A DNA stretch of 63,469 nt, the filler included, from Asterionella formosa (Eukaryota): the NCBI GenBank assembly GCA_002256025.1. It is 10 parts of 10 records of this genome, joined end to end, with 100 filler letters (N's around TTAATTAATTAA, not from the genome) between each part and the next. Parts side by side here need not be neighbours in the genome. Positions count along the whole stretch, not along the records: positions 25,305 to 50,464 come from NKIB01002060.1; positions 50,565 to 52,090 come from NKIB01002064.1; positions 52,191 to 53,716 come from NKIB01002065.1; positions 53,817 to 55,342 come from NKIB01002066.1; positions 55,443 to 56,968 come from NKIB01002067.1; positions 57,069 to 58,594 come from NKIB01002068.1; 4 more parts are not named here. The stretch is one strand, 5' to 3'. The translations under genes and the position numbers were made by a program. Positions within the stretch are counted from its first letter, which is position 1. Each line of letters opens with the position of its first letter. Below, in pieces: positions 45,972-58,594 of the stretch. The notes below the pieces were generated by a model that saw only the letters and a list, made by a program, of their open reading frames with translations, was not told where the DNA came from and did no database searches.

Positions 45972-47579
45972 CTAGCAGGGCTTCCCAGATTGACAGACCC
46001 ATTCAGTGACAAGCTTTGCTCCCCAGCCTGTTGCGCCAATCTTGGTACTCCAAACAGGACCTGCCATGTCTACGTGTGCATACGGCTTGCCATCGACAAA
46101 TTCATTTAGGAACAGTGCTGCAGTAATAGCCCCAGCATAACGCCCTCCGATGTTGCGTAGGTCGGCAATCTTTGACTTTATATCTTCTTTGTACTCCTGC
46201 TCGAGAGGCAGTTGCCACAGCTTCTCTCCAGTTACTTCAGCAGCCACTTTTAATTCTGATGCCAATTCATCATCAGATGTCCATAAACCTGCCATAGCAG
46301 TACCTAGGGCTCCCATGCAGGCTCCTGTCAGCGTTGACAGTTCAATTATTCGTTCGACTCCAACTTCTTTGTCCATGTATACCAATGCATCCGCCATGGT
46401 GAGGCGTCCCTCAGCATCAGTATTACCCACTTCGATCGTTTTCCCATTCATGGCCGTTAAAACATCTCCAGGCACCATGGCTCGCTCGTTGATCATGTTC
46501 TCGCATGCAGCAACAACAAAGTGAGCTTCCACGCCTTCCGGTTCAAGTGCTGCAATAGTTTTTGCGGCACCAAAAACAGCAGCACTACCACCGCAGTCAA
46601 ACTTCATCAAATCCATCATTTGTGTTTTGATGTTGTAGCCACCTGTGTCCATAAGTAAACCTTTGCCTACAACGCCGACTTTCCGAAGAGGATACTTTTT
46701 GGTGCCACTCTTCCTTGGGTGGTAAGTCAAGTGGATGAACTTGGGAGGAGTTTCACTTCCACGTGCAACACCTAAATAGGCCCCCATACCTCTTTTTTCG
46801 CAGTCTTTTGCTTCGAGAATTTTGCACGTGATCCTTCCCCTTGACTCGGCAGCGATGCGCATGGCAGTTTCTGCCATGCTATATGAATTGAGGAAGTTGT
46901 GAGGAGCATTGACGATGTCTTTAGCAAGATAGATACCCTTGGCTATTTCTACTCCTTCCTTGATAGCAATTTTTGACTCTTTAACTTCGACAACGTCATC
47001 AAAAATAAATTGGACAGATTCCGTATCCGTAGCGTCAGAGTCTCCATCGGCCTTGCTTCCTCGGAATCGTCTGTCTATGTAGAGACCCTCAAGCAAGGCA
47101 GTAGTAGCATCACGAATTGGTTTGGTTGAGTTATTTGACGGCAGGAATACAGCGCACTTAGATATTTCCTTCTCGGTCTTCAGGGTCGAAGCAATTGCAG
47201 CGCCAAGCTTACGACCTTGTTCGTTCCCGTCCTTGGAAAGTTCCAGCACCAACAGGCGCGTCATTTTCCTAGATCCATTTTCTTCTGGAACGCTTACTCG
47301 CACAACGCTCTTGCTCTTCTTCTCCAGTAAGGCATCCAACAGACCATGATACTTCGTATTGAGCCACATTGCGGTGTTTCCAGTTGCATTTGTGGAATTG
47401 TGGGGAACAGCAAAAACCACCAAGTCATAGTCGTTTAAGTTAACCTCATTCACTTGCATGACCTCGAGAGTTGTAGACACTAATGGAGTCCACTCCATTC
47501 TGCCACACGCTTGATCGAATGACCATGAGGAAAAGACCAACGGAAGCACTAAAGACAAACAGAAGAGAAGCGACAGCAT
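45972..47579 (-). CDS. M17 leucyl aminopeptidase with N-terminal signal peptide
   Basis: VGKGLLMDTGGYNIK, MKFDCGG, NTDAEGRL, TLTGA and HVDMAG motifs. Confidence 0.92.
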   Translation of the reverse strand: MLSLLFCLSLVLPLVFSSWSFDQACGRMEWTPLVSTTLEVMQVNEVNLNDYDLVVFAVPHNSTNATGNTAMWLNTKYHGLLDALLEKKSKSVVRVSVPEENGSRKMTRLLVLELSKDGNEQGRKLGAAIASTLKTEKEISKCAVFLPSNNSTKPIRDATTALLEGLYIDRRFRGSKADGDSDATDTESVQFIFDDVVEVKESKIAIKEGVEIAKGIYLAKDIVNAPHNFLNSYSMAETAMRIAAESRGRITCKILEAKDCEKRGMGAYLGVARGSETPPKFIHLTYHPRKSGTKKYPLRKVGVVGKGLLMDTGGYNIKTQMMDLMKFDCGGSAAVFGAAKTIAALEPEGVEAHFVVAACENMINERAMVPGDVLTAMNGKTIEVGNTDAEGRLTMADALVYMDKEVGVERIIELSTLTGACMGALGTAMAGLWTSDDELASELKVAAEVTGEKLWQLPLEQEYKEDIKSKIADLRNIGGRYAGAITAALFLNEFVDGKPYAHVDMAGPVWSTKIGATGWGAKLVTEWVCQSGKPC

Positions 47580-48919
47580 CGTACATAAATGGTAAAATCA
47601 GATGATGGTCTAACTTTCCAAAGGAGGAAAATAAAAGATCCGACATGAAGACCTGTACCGGTATGTGAATACAGGTATAAAAAAACGCACTCCATCCTCA
47701 TACTGGTAGTCGTCCACCGCCGATGACCCACCCCAACATGATAGATATAATGATTCTCTGCTTGCTGATAGCTTTTTCAACCTAAGTCCATGATACTAGA
47801 TAGTTGAGGTGATTTCCTTACTAAATGAAATTCCATTGTTGCTATCATTACGAATTCGAATAATGCACTGCAACACTTCTTGTTCCTCTTGTGTGGTTAG
47901 TAAAGTACAGAAATTCTGATCAAGGGCAACAACCACAATTGCCTCAGTTTGGGCAATATCTGATCCATTTCCTCAGCCTTCTCTTGACAAAATGCAAAGT
48001 CTGCCTTTAGATTTTGTTCAGTGTCACAGAGAGGAGTCTACTTAATCTTCTTGAGTATTTTTTTCAAATTTTTCTGCTTGTTGTTGGCAACAAACTGACG
48101 TTTAATATTGCAACCCTTCAGTGTTCCATTTCAATGTGGTTATTTTTTGTTTGTGGAGTTTCATTGAAACTGTCACCCTTTTTCCTTTGGAGCTTCCATC
48201 CTCGATTGATCTATTTGTAAATCTGTTTATATAATCTAGGCTTTTTCAGCCACCCTCTTTCAAGAGAGTGCGTGCACCACCACTGCCCCAGTCAACTAGC
48301 GCCCAGAGTCACCACGTGCTGCCACTGCTGGGAGATTTATTTTTCTTAAGAACTCAGGCTTAGTTTGCCAGGAAGCGCCACGAGGGTTCCTCTATCAACT
48401 ATAGAGTGGAATTAAGTCCCGTAATAACTTCAGTTAATAATGCAATAAAAATTAAAAAGAAATGCTTCAGAGTTTACTTTTTTCTAATAGCTATAAGGGA
48501 TATCTAAATATTTTCATGCACCCACTTAGTAAGTAAAATCAATCAGTCAAATTCAGTCATGGTACCACGTAGTGTTTATTGGTGGGTCTAGGACAATGAA
48601 TTATACAATACCTCATAGTGAGGTTCCTACTGGAGAACATATTGAGACTTACGTAATGTATGCCAGGAAGACCCGCCAGCCAGTAATGCACATTTTATGC
48701 GCACTTATTCAGTTTCGACTCTCTCCCAATGATTTGTCCCATGCCTACCGGAAGAGTTAGGCTGGCTTTTCATTCCAAACTTTCTTAAGTAGCTTTCTAT
48801 ACCGTTAAATTATCATTCAATAAATCCAAGTCGTCTTCTGATCATCGAAATCGTGTTGAACAACTTGTACAGGTGAAAGTATTCAGGAACTGAAAAGACG
48901 GTTTGGTTATAGAGTTCAC

Positions 48920-49000
48920 AAATCGCTCAGTAAGAACTTCTAGTCGTTGTCAGCAAACTTTTCAAAAATCACTCAGTAACTTCTAGTCGTTGTCAGCAAA
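48920..49000. repeat. Short direct repeat (~36 bp x2)
   Basis: aaatc(g/a)ctcagtaa[gaa]cttctagtcgttgtcagcaaa occurs twice. Confidence 0.8.
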
Positions 49001-49118
49001 TTCCATTCGAAGTCTGCAATTTCTTGTCATATGTAGTCACCAACTGGATCAGTACTTGTAAACAAAAGAGTCATTTTGAAAATATCAATGGACTATTATT
49101 TGAAATTTTTATATAGTG

Positions 49119-49176
49119 AATCAAACAAAATTTCAAATTTTGTTTGATTTAGGTCGAACCAAGTTGGTTCGACCTA
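49119..49176. repeat. Two abutting perfect inverted repeats (15-bp and 13-bp arms, 1-nt spacers)
   Basis: aatcaaacaaaattt-c-aaattttgtttgatt followed directly by taggtcgaaccaa-g-ttggttcgaccta. Confidence 0.9.
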
Positions 49177-50244
49177 CAGATTACATAGGGTATCGTGTTG
49201 CATACTGTGAAAGTGTTAAATCTCGTCGTCGCTTTGTTGTTTTGAATTGTGCATAGTAATCTAAACAACGTGAACCAATGCGCCATCGGAGTTGAAACCA
49301 GTTAAGTCAAATAAATCTTGTTTGTATCTCAAAAATCAGCCCTTTCGTGACCCTTTGAGCCAAGCCATGATCAGCAATCACATGAACATCAATCAATCTT
49401 TACTCATATATGAATTGAGATACATGTATATATACTTGGCATCGTAGGTGCTAGGCAGTGGATGGAAGGATCACGGTGAATTTAGGAGACTGTTGGTAGA
49501 TAGATTAGACTCTATTGATATTTCTTCATACATTAGTAAATATTGACTTATGTTCACAACCAGACTCAAAGATTGATTCATATATGAGTATAGATTCATT
49601 CATGTTTATGGCATGAGTATAGATTGATTCATGTTCATGGCTTGAGTCAAACGATGCATCATGTCTGGGCTGATTTGGAAGATACAACAAATAATCATTT
49701 GAATTATCTTTTTCAACTATTGGCGACTTTAATTTTCGTTGTCATTATAAGTGATATCACAATAATTCTTTTACCGTTGTATTGTATATATGATGCATAT
49801 GCATATACTATGTACCAAATAGCATAGCGTCTTTCTCATTATCCATGGAAAATTTCGTTATTTTCGTCATGGTCAAGGCAGAGCTGGCAAGATAGTACAG
49901 GATTCTCGAGCCGCCTACAACAACTCCATTGTAGCGTTGTATGTACAGAAACAAATATATACTAGCTTCTATGAGGGCTACCTCGGGTACCCAAGGCATA
50001 TGTCTTAAGTAGCCATAGTACCTGGTATGTGTTAGATGTATCATCTTTTTTGCAAATATACCAGTAGTACCAGTACCTGGTACAGTACGCTGTTGCATTA
50101 GGCGTGATAATCACTGTGCTTATGTATATTGATACCTTAAAAGGTAATGTTTTGTTCATAGCAGTATTAGCATGGCTATTAGGGGGTATATAGTACATAG
50201 TTCTGTTTCATGTATATACCACATCTAAGACGCGAAATACGCCA

Positions 50245-50464
50245 CTTTTCGAAATTTCGTCTACGTATGAGTGTTAATTATGTGGTACTTCACATGCATT
50301 AATGCCACTCTTCACGTAAAAAAGATTACTTTTAACGGTTTCATGTGAAGTTTTAACTGTTTCATGTGAAGTTTTCACAATGAATTTTGAACGCGAGACT
50401 GAATTAGTTGATGTTTCAAATAATTCATTTGACTTTTCGAAATTTCGTTTACGTACGAGTGTTA
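50245..50464. repeat. Direct repeat at the contig end (32-bp copies ~188 bp apart)
   Basis: cttttcgaaatttcgt(c/t)tacgta(t/c)gagtgtta at ~50245 and ~50433, with an internal gtttcatgtgaagtttt x2. Confidence 0.7.
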
Positions 50465-50564
50465 NNNNNNNNNNNNNNNNNNNNNNNNNNNNNNNNNNNN
50501 NNNNNNNNTTAATTAATTAANNNNNNNNNNNNNNNNNNNNNNNNNNNNNNNNNNNNNNNNNNNN

Positions 50565-52090
50565 TTATTGAGAAGAATCTTCCAGGCTACACTGATGTGA
50601 GCCCAAATGTGATCTCTGTTGATGTTTCTACAGGTGATGCAACTGGTTTGGAGTTTGTTGATGAGCTCCCTTCTTCTGCTCCAAGTGTGAGCAGTTCACC
50701 AAGCAACATGCTTCCGAAAACCATTTCTGGTGTTGTCTTTGAAGACATTGACAATGACAACAAGAAGGATAATCCTTTGGTCGGCGTTGTTCTTGTGCTC
50801 ATTGACAAGGACGGAAATATCGTTGCCAACACAACTACGGACTCGAATGGGTTATTTGTGTTTGAGGGCGTTCCTCCCGGAAAGTATACTTTGGTGGAAC
50901 AGAATCCTGATGGGTACATTGATGTGACTCCAAATGTCATCAACGTTGACACCAGTAAGAGTGATATTACTGATTTGGAGATAATCGATGAGCCTTTGCG
51001 TACAGTTAGTGGCATTGTTCTCGAGGACACTGACAACAATGATAGTGGCGATGAGCCATTGGTTGGTGTTGTATTGTTACTCCTTGATGATAATGGCAAA
51101 GTGGTGGCCAATACAACTACTGACTCGAATGGCGTGTTTACTTTCGAGAACATCGCTCCTGGAAACTACAGTGTGGTTGAACAGAACCCTCCTGGCTACT
51201 CTGATGTTAGTCCGAATGTCATCTTTGTTGATGTGAACAAGGGTAATGCAAGCATAGAATTTGTAGATGAGCTTGGTTCTTCTGCTCCTAGTTTGGCTCC
51301 TAGCAGCAACAACCTCAGAACTATGATAGGTGTTGTCCTTGCTGACGTTGACAACAACGGGAGTGGTGATGTTCCATTGGCAGGAGTTGTTGTGGTTCTT
51401 GTTTCTGAGAATGGCACTGTTGTTGCAAGCACCAGCACCGACTCGGACGGGAAGTTCATTTTCAAGGATGTTGTCCCTGGCAAGTACACAATTATTGAGA
51501 AGAATCTTCCAGGCTACACTGATGTGAGCCCAAATGTGATCTCTGTTGATGTTTCTACAGGTGATGCAACTGGTTTGGAGTTTGTTGATGAGCTCCCTTC
51601 TTCTGCTCCAAGTGTGAGCAGTTCACCAAGCAACATGCTTCCGAAAACCATTTCTGGTGTTGTCTTTGAAGACATTGACAATGACAACAAGAAGGATAAT
51701 CCTTTGGTCGGCGTTGTTCTTGTGCTCATTGACAAGGACGGAAATATCGTTGCCAACACAACTACGGACTCGAATGGGTTATTTGTGTTTGAGGGCGTTC
51801 CTCCCGGAAAGTATACTTTGGTGGAGCAGAATCCTGATGGGTACATTGATGTGACTCCAAATGTCATCAACGTTGACACCAGTAAGAGTGATATTACTGA
51901 TTTGGAGATAATCGATGAGCCTTTGCGTACAGTTAGTGGCATTGTTCTCGAGGACACTGACAACAATGATAGTGGCGATGAGCCATTGGTTGGTGTTGTA
52001 TTGTTACTCCTTGATGATAATGGCAAAGTGGTGGCCAATACAACTACTGACTCGAATGGCGTGTTTACTTTCGAGAACATCGCTCCTGGA
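50565..52090 (+). CDS. Internal fragment of a large SdrD-B/Cna-B-like repeat protein (927-bp unit = 3 domains)
   Basis: Frame open across the whole contig. ISGVVFEDIDND..D.PLVGVVLVL.D.DG..VANTTTDSNG.F.F..V.PG.Y..VE..P.GY domains are separated by SAPSVSSSPS linkers. Confidence 0.85.
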
Positions 52091-52190
52091 NNNNNNNNNN
52101 NNNNNNNNNNNNNNNNNNNNNNNNNNNNNNNNNNTTAATTAATTAANNNNNNNNNNNNNNNNNNNNNNNNNNNNNNNNNNNNNNNNNNNN

Positions 52191-53716
52191 TTATTGAGAA
52201 GAATCTTCCAGGCTACACTGATGTGAGCCCAAATGTGATCTCTGTTGATGTTTCTACAGGTGATGCAACTGGTTTGGAGTTTGTTGATGAGCTCCCTTCT
52301 TCTGCTCCAAGTGTGAGCAGTTCACCAAGCAACATGCTTCCGAAAACCATTTCTGGTGTTGTCTTTGAAGACATTGACAATGACAACAAGAAGGATAATC
52401 CTTTGGTCGGCGTTGTTCTTGTGCTCATTGACAAGGACGGAAATATCGTTGCCAACACAACTACGGACTCGAATGGGTTATTTGTGTTTGAGGGCGTTCC
52501 TCCCGGAAAGTATACTTTGGTGGAACAGAATCCTGATGGGTACATTGATGTGACTCCAAATGTCATCAACGTTGACACCAGTAAGAGTGATATTACTGAT
52601 TTGGAGATAATCGATGAGCCTTTGCGTACAGTTAGTGGCATTGTTCTCGAGGACACTGACAACAATGATAGTGGCGATGAGCCATTGGTTGGTGTTGTAT
52701 TGTTACTCCTTGATGATAATGGCAAAGTGGTGGCCAATACAACTACTGACTCGAATGGCGTGTTTACTTTCGAGAACATCGCTCCTGGATACTACAGTGT
52801 GGTTGAACAGAACCCTCCTGGCTACTCTGATGTTAGTCCGAATGTCATCTTTGTTGATGTGAACAAGGGTAATGCAAGCATAGAATTTGTAGATGAGCTT
52901 GGTTCTTCTGCTCCTAGTTTGGCTCCTAGCAGCAACAACCTCAGAACTATGATAGGTGTTGTCCTTGCTGACGTTGACAACAACGGGAGTGGTGATGTTC
53001 CATTGGCAGGAGTTGTTGTGGTTCTTGTTTCTGAGAATGGCACTGTTGTTGCAAGCACCAGCACCGACTCGGACGGGAAGTTCATTTTCAAGGATGTTGT
53101 CCCTGGCAAGTACACAATTATTGAGAAGAATCTTCCAGGCTACACTGATGTGAGCCCAAATGTGATCTCTGTTGATGTTTCTACAGGTGATGCAACTGGT
53201 TTGGAGTTTGTTGATGAGCTCCCTTCTTCTGCTCCAAGTGTGAGCAGTTCACCAAGCAACATGCTTCCGAAAACCATTTCTGGTGTTGTCTTTGAAGACA
53301 TTGACAATGACAACAAGAAGGATAATCCTTTGGTCGGCGTTGTTCTTGTGCTCATTGACAAGGACGGAAATATCGTTGCCAACACAACTACGGACTCGAA
53401 TGGGTTATTTGTGTTTGAGGGCGTTCCTCCCGGAAAGTATACTTTGGTGGAACAGAATCCTGATGGGTACATTGATGTGACTCCAAATGTCATCAACGTT
53501 GACACCAGTAAGAGTGATATTACTGATTTGGAGATAATCGATGAGCCTTTGCGTACAGTTAGTGGCATTGTTCTCGAGGACACTGACAACAATGATAGTG
53601 GCGATGAGCCATTGGTTGGTGTTGTATTGTTACTCCTTGATGATAATGGCAAAGTGGTGGCCAATACAACTACTGACTCGAATGGCGTGTTTACTTTCGA
53701 GAACATCGCTCCTGGA
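52191..53716 (+). CDS. Variant unit of the SdrD-B-like repeat protein (partial)
   Basis: Same endpoints as 50565-52090, with a PGYY variant. Confidence 0.85.
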
Positions 53717-53816
53717 NNNNNNNNNNNNNNNNNNNNNNNNNNNNNNNNNNNNNNNNNNNNTTAATTAATTAANNNNNNNNNNNNNNNNNNNNNNNNNNNN
53801 NNNNNNNNNNNNNNNN

Positions 53817-55342
53817 TTATTGAGAAGAATCTTCCAGGCTACACTGATGTGAGCCCAAATGTGATCTCTGTTGATGTTTCTACAGGTGATGCAACTGGTT
53901 TGGAGTTTGTTGATGAGCTCCCTTCTTCTGCTCCAAGTGTGAGCAGTTCACCAAGCAACATGCTTCCGAAAACCATTTCTGGTGTTGTCTTTGAAGACAT
54001 TGACAATGACAACAAGAAGGATAATCCTTTGGTCGGCGTTGTTCTTGTGCTCATTGACAAGGACGGAAATATCGTTGCCTACACAACTACGGACTCGAAT
54101 GGGTTATTTGTGTTTGAGGGCGTTCCTCCCGGAAAGTATACTTTGGTGGAACAGAATCCTGATGGGTACATTGATGTGACTCCAAATGTCATCAACGTTG
54201 ACACCAGTAAGAGTGATATTACTGATTTGGAGATAATCGATGAGCCTTTGCGTACAGTTAGTGGCATTGTTCTCGAGGACACTGACAACAATGATAGTGG
54301 CGATGAGACATTGGTTGATGTTGTATTGTTACTCCTTGATGATAATGGCAAAGTGGTGGCCAATACAACTACTGACTCGAATGGCGTGTTTACTTTCGAG
54401 AACATCGCTCCTGGAAACTACAGTGTGGTTGAACAGAACCCTCCTGGCTACTCTGATGTTAGTCCGAATGTCATCTTTGTTGATGTGAACAAGGGTGATG
54501 CAAGTATTGAATTTGTAGATGAGCTTGGTTCTTCTGCTCCTAGTTTGGCTCCTAGCAGCAACAACCTCAGAACTATGATAGGTGTTGTCCTTGCTGACGT
54601 TGACAACAACGGGAGTGGTGATGTTCCATTGGCAGGAGTTGTTGTGGTTCTTGTTTCTGAGAATGGCACTGTTGTTGCAAGCACCAGCACCGACTCGGAC
54701 GGGAAGTTCATTTTCAAGGATGTTGTCCCTGGCAAGTACACAGTTATTGAGAAGAATCTTCCAGGCTACACTGATGTGAGCCCAAATGTGATCTCTGTTG
54801 ATGTTTCTACAGGTGATGCAACTGGTTTGGAGTTTGTTGATGAGCTCCCTTCTTCTGCTCCAAGTGTGAGCAGTTCACCAAGCAACATGCTTCCGAAAAC
54901 CATTTCTGGTGTTGTCTTTGAAGACATTGACAATGACAACAAGAAGGATAATCCTTTGGTCAGCGTTGTTCTTGTGCTCATTGACAAGGACGGAAATATC
55001 GTTGCAAACACAACTACGGACTCGAATGGGTTATTTGTGTTTGAGGGCGTTCCTCCCGGAAAGTATACTTTGGTGGAACAGAATCCTGATGGGTACATTG
55101 ATGTGACTCCAAATGTCATCAACGTTGACACCAGTAAGAGTGATATTACTGATTTGGAGATAATCGATGAGCCTTTGCGTACAGTTAGTGGCATTGTTCT
55201 CGAGGACACTGACAACAATGATAGTGGCGATGAGCCATTGGTTGGTGTTGTATTGTTACTCCTTGATGATAATGGCAAAGTGGTGGCCAATACAACTACT
55301 GACTCGAATGGCGTGTTTACTTTCGAGAACATCGCTCCTGGA
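53817..55342 (+). CDS. Variant unit of the SdrD-B-like repeat protein (partial)
   Basis: Variants AYTT, DETLVDV, KGDAS, TVI and LVSVV. Confidence 0.85.
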
Positions 55343-55442
55343 NNNNNNNNNNNNNNNNNNNNNNNNNNNNNNNNNNNNNNNNNNNNTTAATTAATTAANN
55401 NNNNNNNNNNNNNNNNNNNNNNNNNNNNNNNNNNNNNNNNNN

Positions 55443-56968
55443 TTATTGAGAAGAATCTTCCAGGCTACACTGATGTGAGCCCAAATGTGATCTCTGTTGA
55501 TGTTTCTACAGGTGATGCAACTGGTTTGGAGTTTGTTGATGAGCTCCCTTCTTCTGCTCCAAGTGTGAGCAGTTCACCAAGCAACATGCTTCCGAAAACC
55601 ATTTCTGGTGTTGTCTTTGAAGACATTGACAATGACAACAAGAAGGATAATCCTTTGGTCGGCGTTGTTCTTGTGCTCATTGACAAGGACGGAAATATCG
55701 TTGCAAACACAACTACGGACTCGAATGGGTTATTTGTGTTTGAGGGCGTTCCTCCCGGAAAGTATACTTTGGTGGAACAGAATCCTGATGGGTACATTGA
55801 TGTGACTCCAAATGTCATCAACGTTGACACCAGTAAGAGTGATATTACTGATTTGGAGATAATCGATGAGCCTTTGCGTACAGTTAGTGGCATTGTTCTC
55901 GAGGACACTGACAACAATGATAGTGGCGATGAGCCATTGGTTGGTGTTGTATTGTTACTCCTTGATGATAATGGCAAAGTGGTGGCCAATACAACTACTG
56001 ACTCGAATGGCGTGTTTACTTTCGAGAACATCGCTCCTGGAAACTACAGTGTGGTTGAACAGAACCCTCCTGGCTACTCTGATGTTAGTCCGAATGTCAT
56101 CTTTGTTGATGTGAACAAGGGTGATGCAAGTATTGAATTTGTAGATGAGCTTGGTTCTTCTGCTCCTAGTTTGGCTCCTAGCAGCAACAACCTCAGAACT
56201 ATGATAGGTGTTGTCCTTGCTGACGTTGACAACAACGGGAGTGGTGATGTTCCATTGGCAGGAGTTGTTGTGGTTCTAGTTTCTGAGAATGGCACTGTTG
56301 TTGCAAGCACCAGCACCGACTCGGACGGGAAGTTCATTTTCAAGGATGTTGTCCCTGGCAAGTACACAATTATTGAGAAGAATCTTCCAGGCTACACTGA
56401 TGTGAGCCCAAATGTGATCTCTGTTGATGTTTCTACAGGTGATGCAACTGGTTTGGAGTTTGTTGATGAGCTCCCTTCTTCTGCTCCTAGTGTGAGCAGT
56501 TCACCAAGCAACATGCTTCCGAAAACCATTTCTGGTGTTGTCTTTGAAGACATTGACAATGACAACAAGAAGGATAATCCTTTGGTCGGCGTTGTTCTTG
56601 TGCTCATTGACAAGGACGGAAATATCGTTGCCAACACAACTACGGACTCGAATGGGTTATTTGTGTTTGAGGGCGTTCCTCCCGGAAAGTATACTTTGGT
56701 GGAACAGAATCCTGATGGGTACATTGATGTGACTCCAAATGTCATCAACGTTGACACCAGTAAGAGTGATATTACTGATTTGGAGATAATCGATGAGCCT
56801 TTGCGTACAGTTAGTGGCATTGTTCTCGAGGACACTGACAACAATGATAGTGGCGATGAGACATTGGTTGATGTTGTATTGTTACTCCTTGATGATAATG
56901 GCAAAGTGGTGGCCAATACAACTACTGACTCGAATGGCGTGTTTACTTTCGAGAACATCGCTCCTGGA
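55443..56968 (+). CDS. Variant unit of the SdrD-B-like repeat protein (partial)
   Basis: Variants KGDAS, and DETLVDV in the second copy. Confidence 0.85.
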
Positions 56969-57068
56969 NNNNNNNNNNNNNNNNNNNNNNNNNNNNNNNN
57001 NNNNNNNNNNNNTTAATTAATTAANNNNNNNNNNNNNNNNNNNNNNNNNNNNNNNNNNNNNNNNNNNN

Positions 57069-58594
57069 TCCAGGAGCGATGTTCTCGAAAGTAAACACGC
57101 CATTCGAGTCAGTAGTTGTATTGGCCACCACTTTGCCATTATCATCAAGGAGTAACAATACAACACCAACCAATGGCTCATCGCCACTATCATTGTTGTC
57201 AGTGTCCTCGAGAACAATGCCACTAACTGTACGCAAAGGCTCATCGATTATCTCCAAATCAGTAATATCACTCTTACTGGTGTCAACGTTGATGACATTT
57301 GGAGTCACATCAATGTACCCATCAGGATTCTGTTCCACCAAAGTATACTTTCCGGGAGGAACGCCCTCAAACACAAATAACCCATTCGAGTCCGTAGTTG
57401 TGTTTGCAACGATATTTCCGTCCTTGTCAATGAGCACAAGAACAACGCCGACCAAAGGATTATCCTTCTTGTTGTCATTGTCAATGTCTTCAAAGACAAC
57501 ACCAGAAATGGTTTTCGGGAGCATGTTGCTTGGTGAACTGCTCACACTTGGAGCAGAAGAAGGGAGCTCATCAACAAACTCCAAACCAGTTGCATCACCT
57601 GTAGAAACATCAACAGAGATCACATTTGGGCTCACATCAGTGTAGCCTGGAAGATTCTTCTCAATAATTGTGTACTTGCCAGGTACAACATCCTTGAAAA
57701 TGAACTTCCCGTCCGAGTCGGTGCTGGTGCTTGCAACAACAGTGCCATTCTCAGAAACAAGAACCACAACAACTCCTGCCAATGGAACATCACCACTCCC
57801 GTTGTTGTCAACGTCAGCAAGGACAACACCTATCATAGTTCTGAGGTTGTTGCTGCTAGGAGCCAAACTAGGAGCAGAAGAACCAAGCTCATCTACAAAT
57901 TCAATACTTGCATCACCCTTGTTCACATCAACAAAGATGACATTCGGACTAACATCAGAGTAGCCAGGAGGGTTCTGTTCAACCACACTGTAGTTTCCAG
58001 GAGCGATGTTCTCGAAAGTAAACACGCCATTCGAGTCAGTAGTTGTATTGGCCACCACTTTGCCATTATCATCAAGGAGTAACAATACAACACCAACCAA
58101 TGGCTCATCGCCACTATCATTGTTGTCAGTGTCCTCGAGAACAATGCCACTAACTGTACGCAAAGGCTCATCGATTATCTCCAAATCAGTAATATCACTC
58201 TTACTGGTGTCAACGTTGATGACATTTGGAGTCACATCAATGTACCCATCAGGATTCTGTTCCACCAAAGTATACTTTCCGGGAGGAACGCCCTCAAACA
58301 CAAATAACCCATTCGAGTCCGTAGTTGTGTTTGCAACGATATTTCCGTCCTTGTCAATGAGCACAAGAACAACGCCGACCAAAGGATTATCCTTCTTGTT
58401 GTCATTGTCAATGTCTTCAAAGACAACACCAGAAATGGTTTTCGGAAGCATGTTGCTTGGTGAACTGCTCACACTTGGAGCAGAAGAAGGGAGCTCATCA
58501 ACAAACTCCAAACCAGTTGCATCACCTGTAGAAACATCAACAGAGATCACATTTGGGCTCACATCAGTGTAGCCTGGAAGATTCTTCTCAATAA
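57069..58594 (-). CDS. Variant unit of the SdrD-B-like repeat protein (partial, contig reversed)
   Basis: Reverse complement of the same 1526-bp segment with a few SNPs. Confidence 0.85.

Noticed and set aside
45972..52090. Physical linkage of the SdrD-like array to contig 2 genes
   Set aside because: Separated by an artificial linker; contigs appear ordered by length.
55443..58594. Apparent giant inverted repeat or invertible cassette of SdrD-like copies
   Set aside because: The two halves are separate contigs across a linker, so their orientation is arbitrary.
50565..58594. Five tandem paralogous 513-aa genes, or antigenic-variation cassettes
   Set aside because: Identical lengths and endpoints and open ends indicate assembly fragments of a repeat. 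The starts are internal GTG codons and the stops come from the linker.
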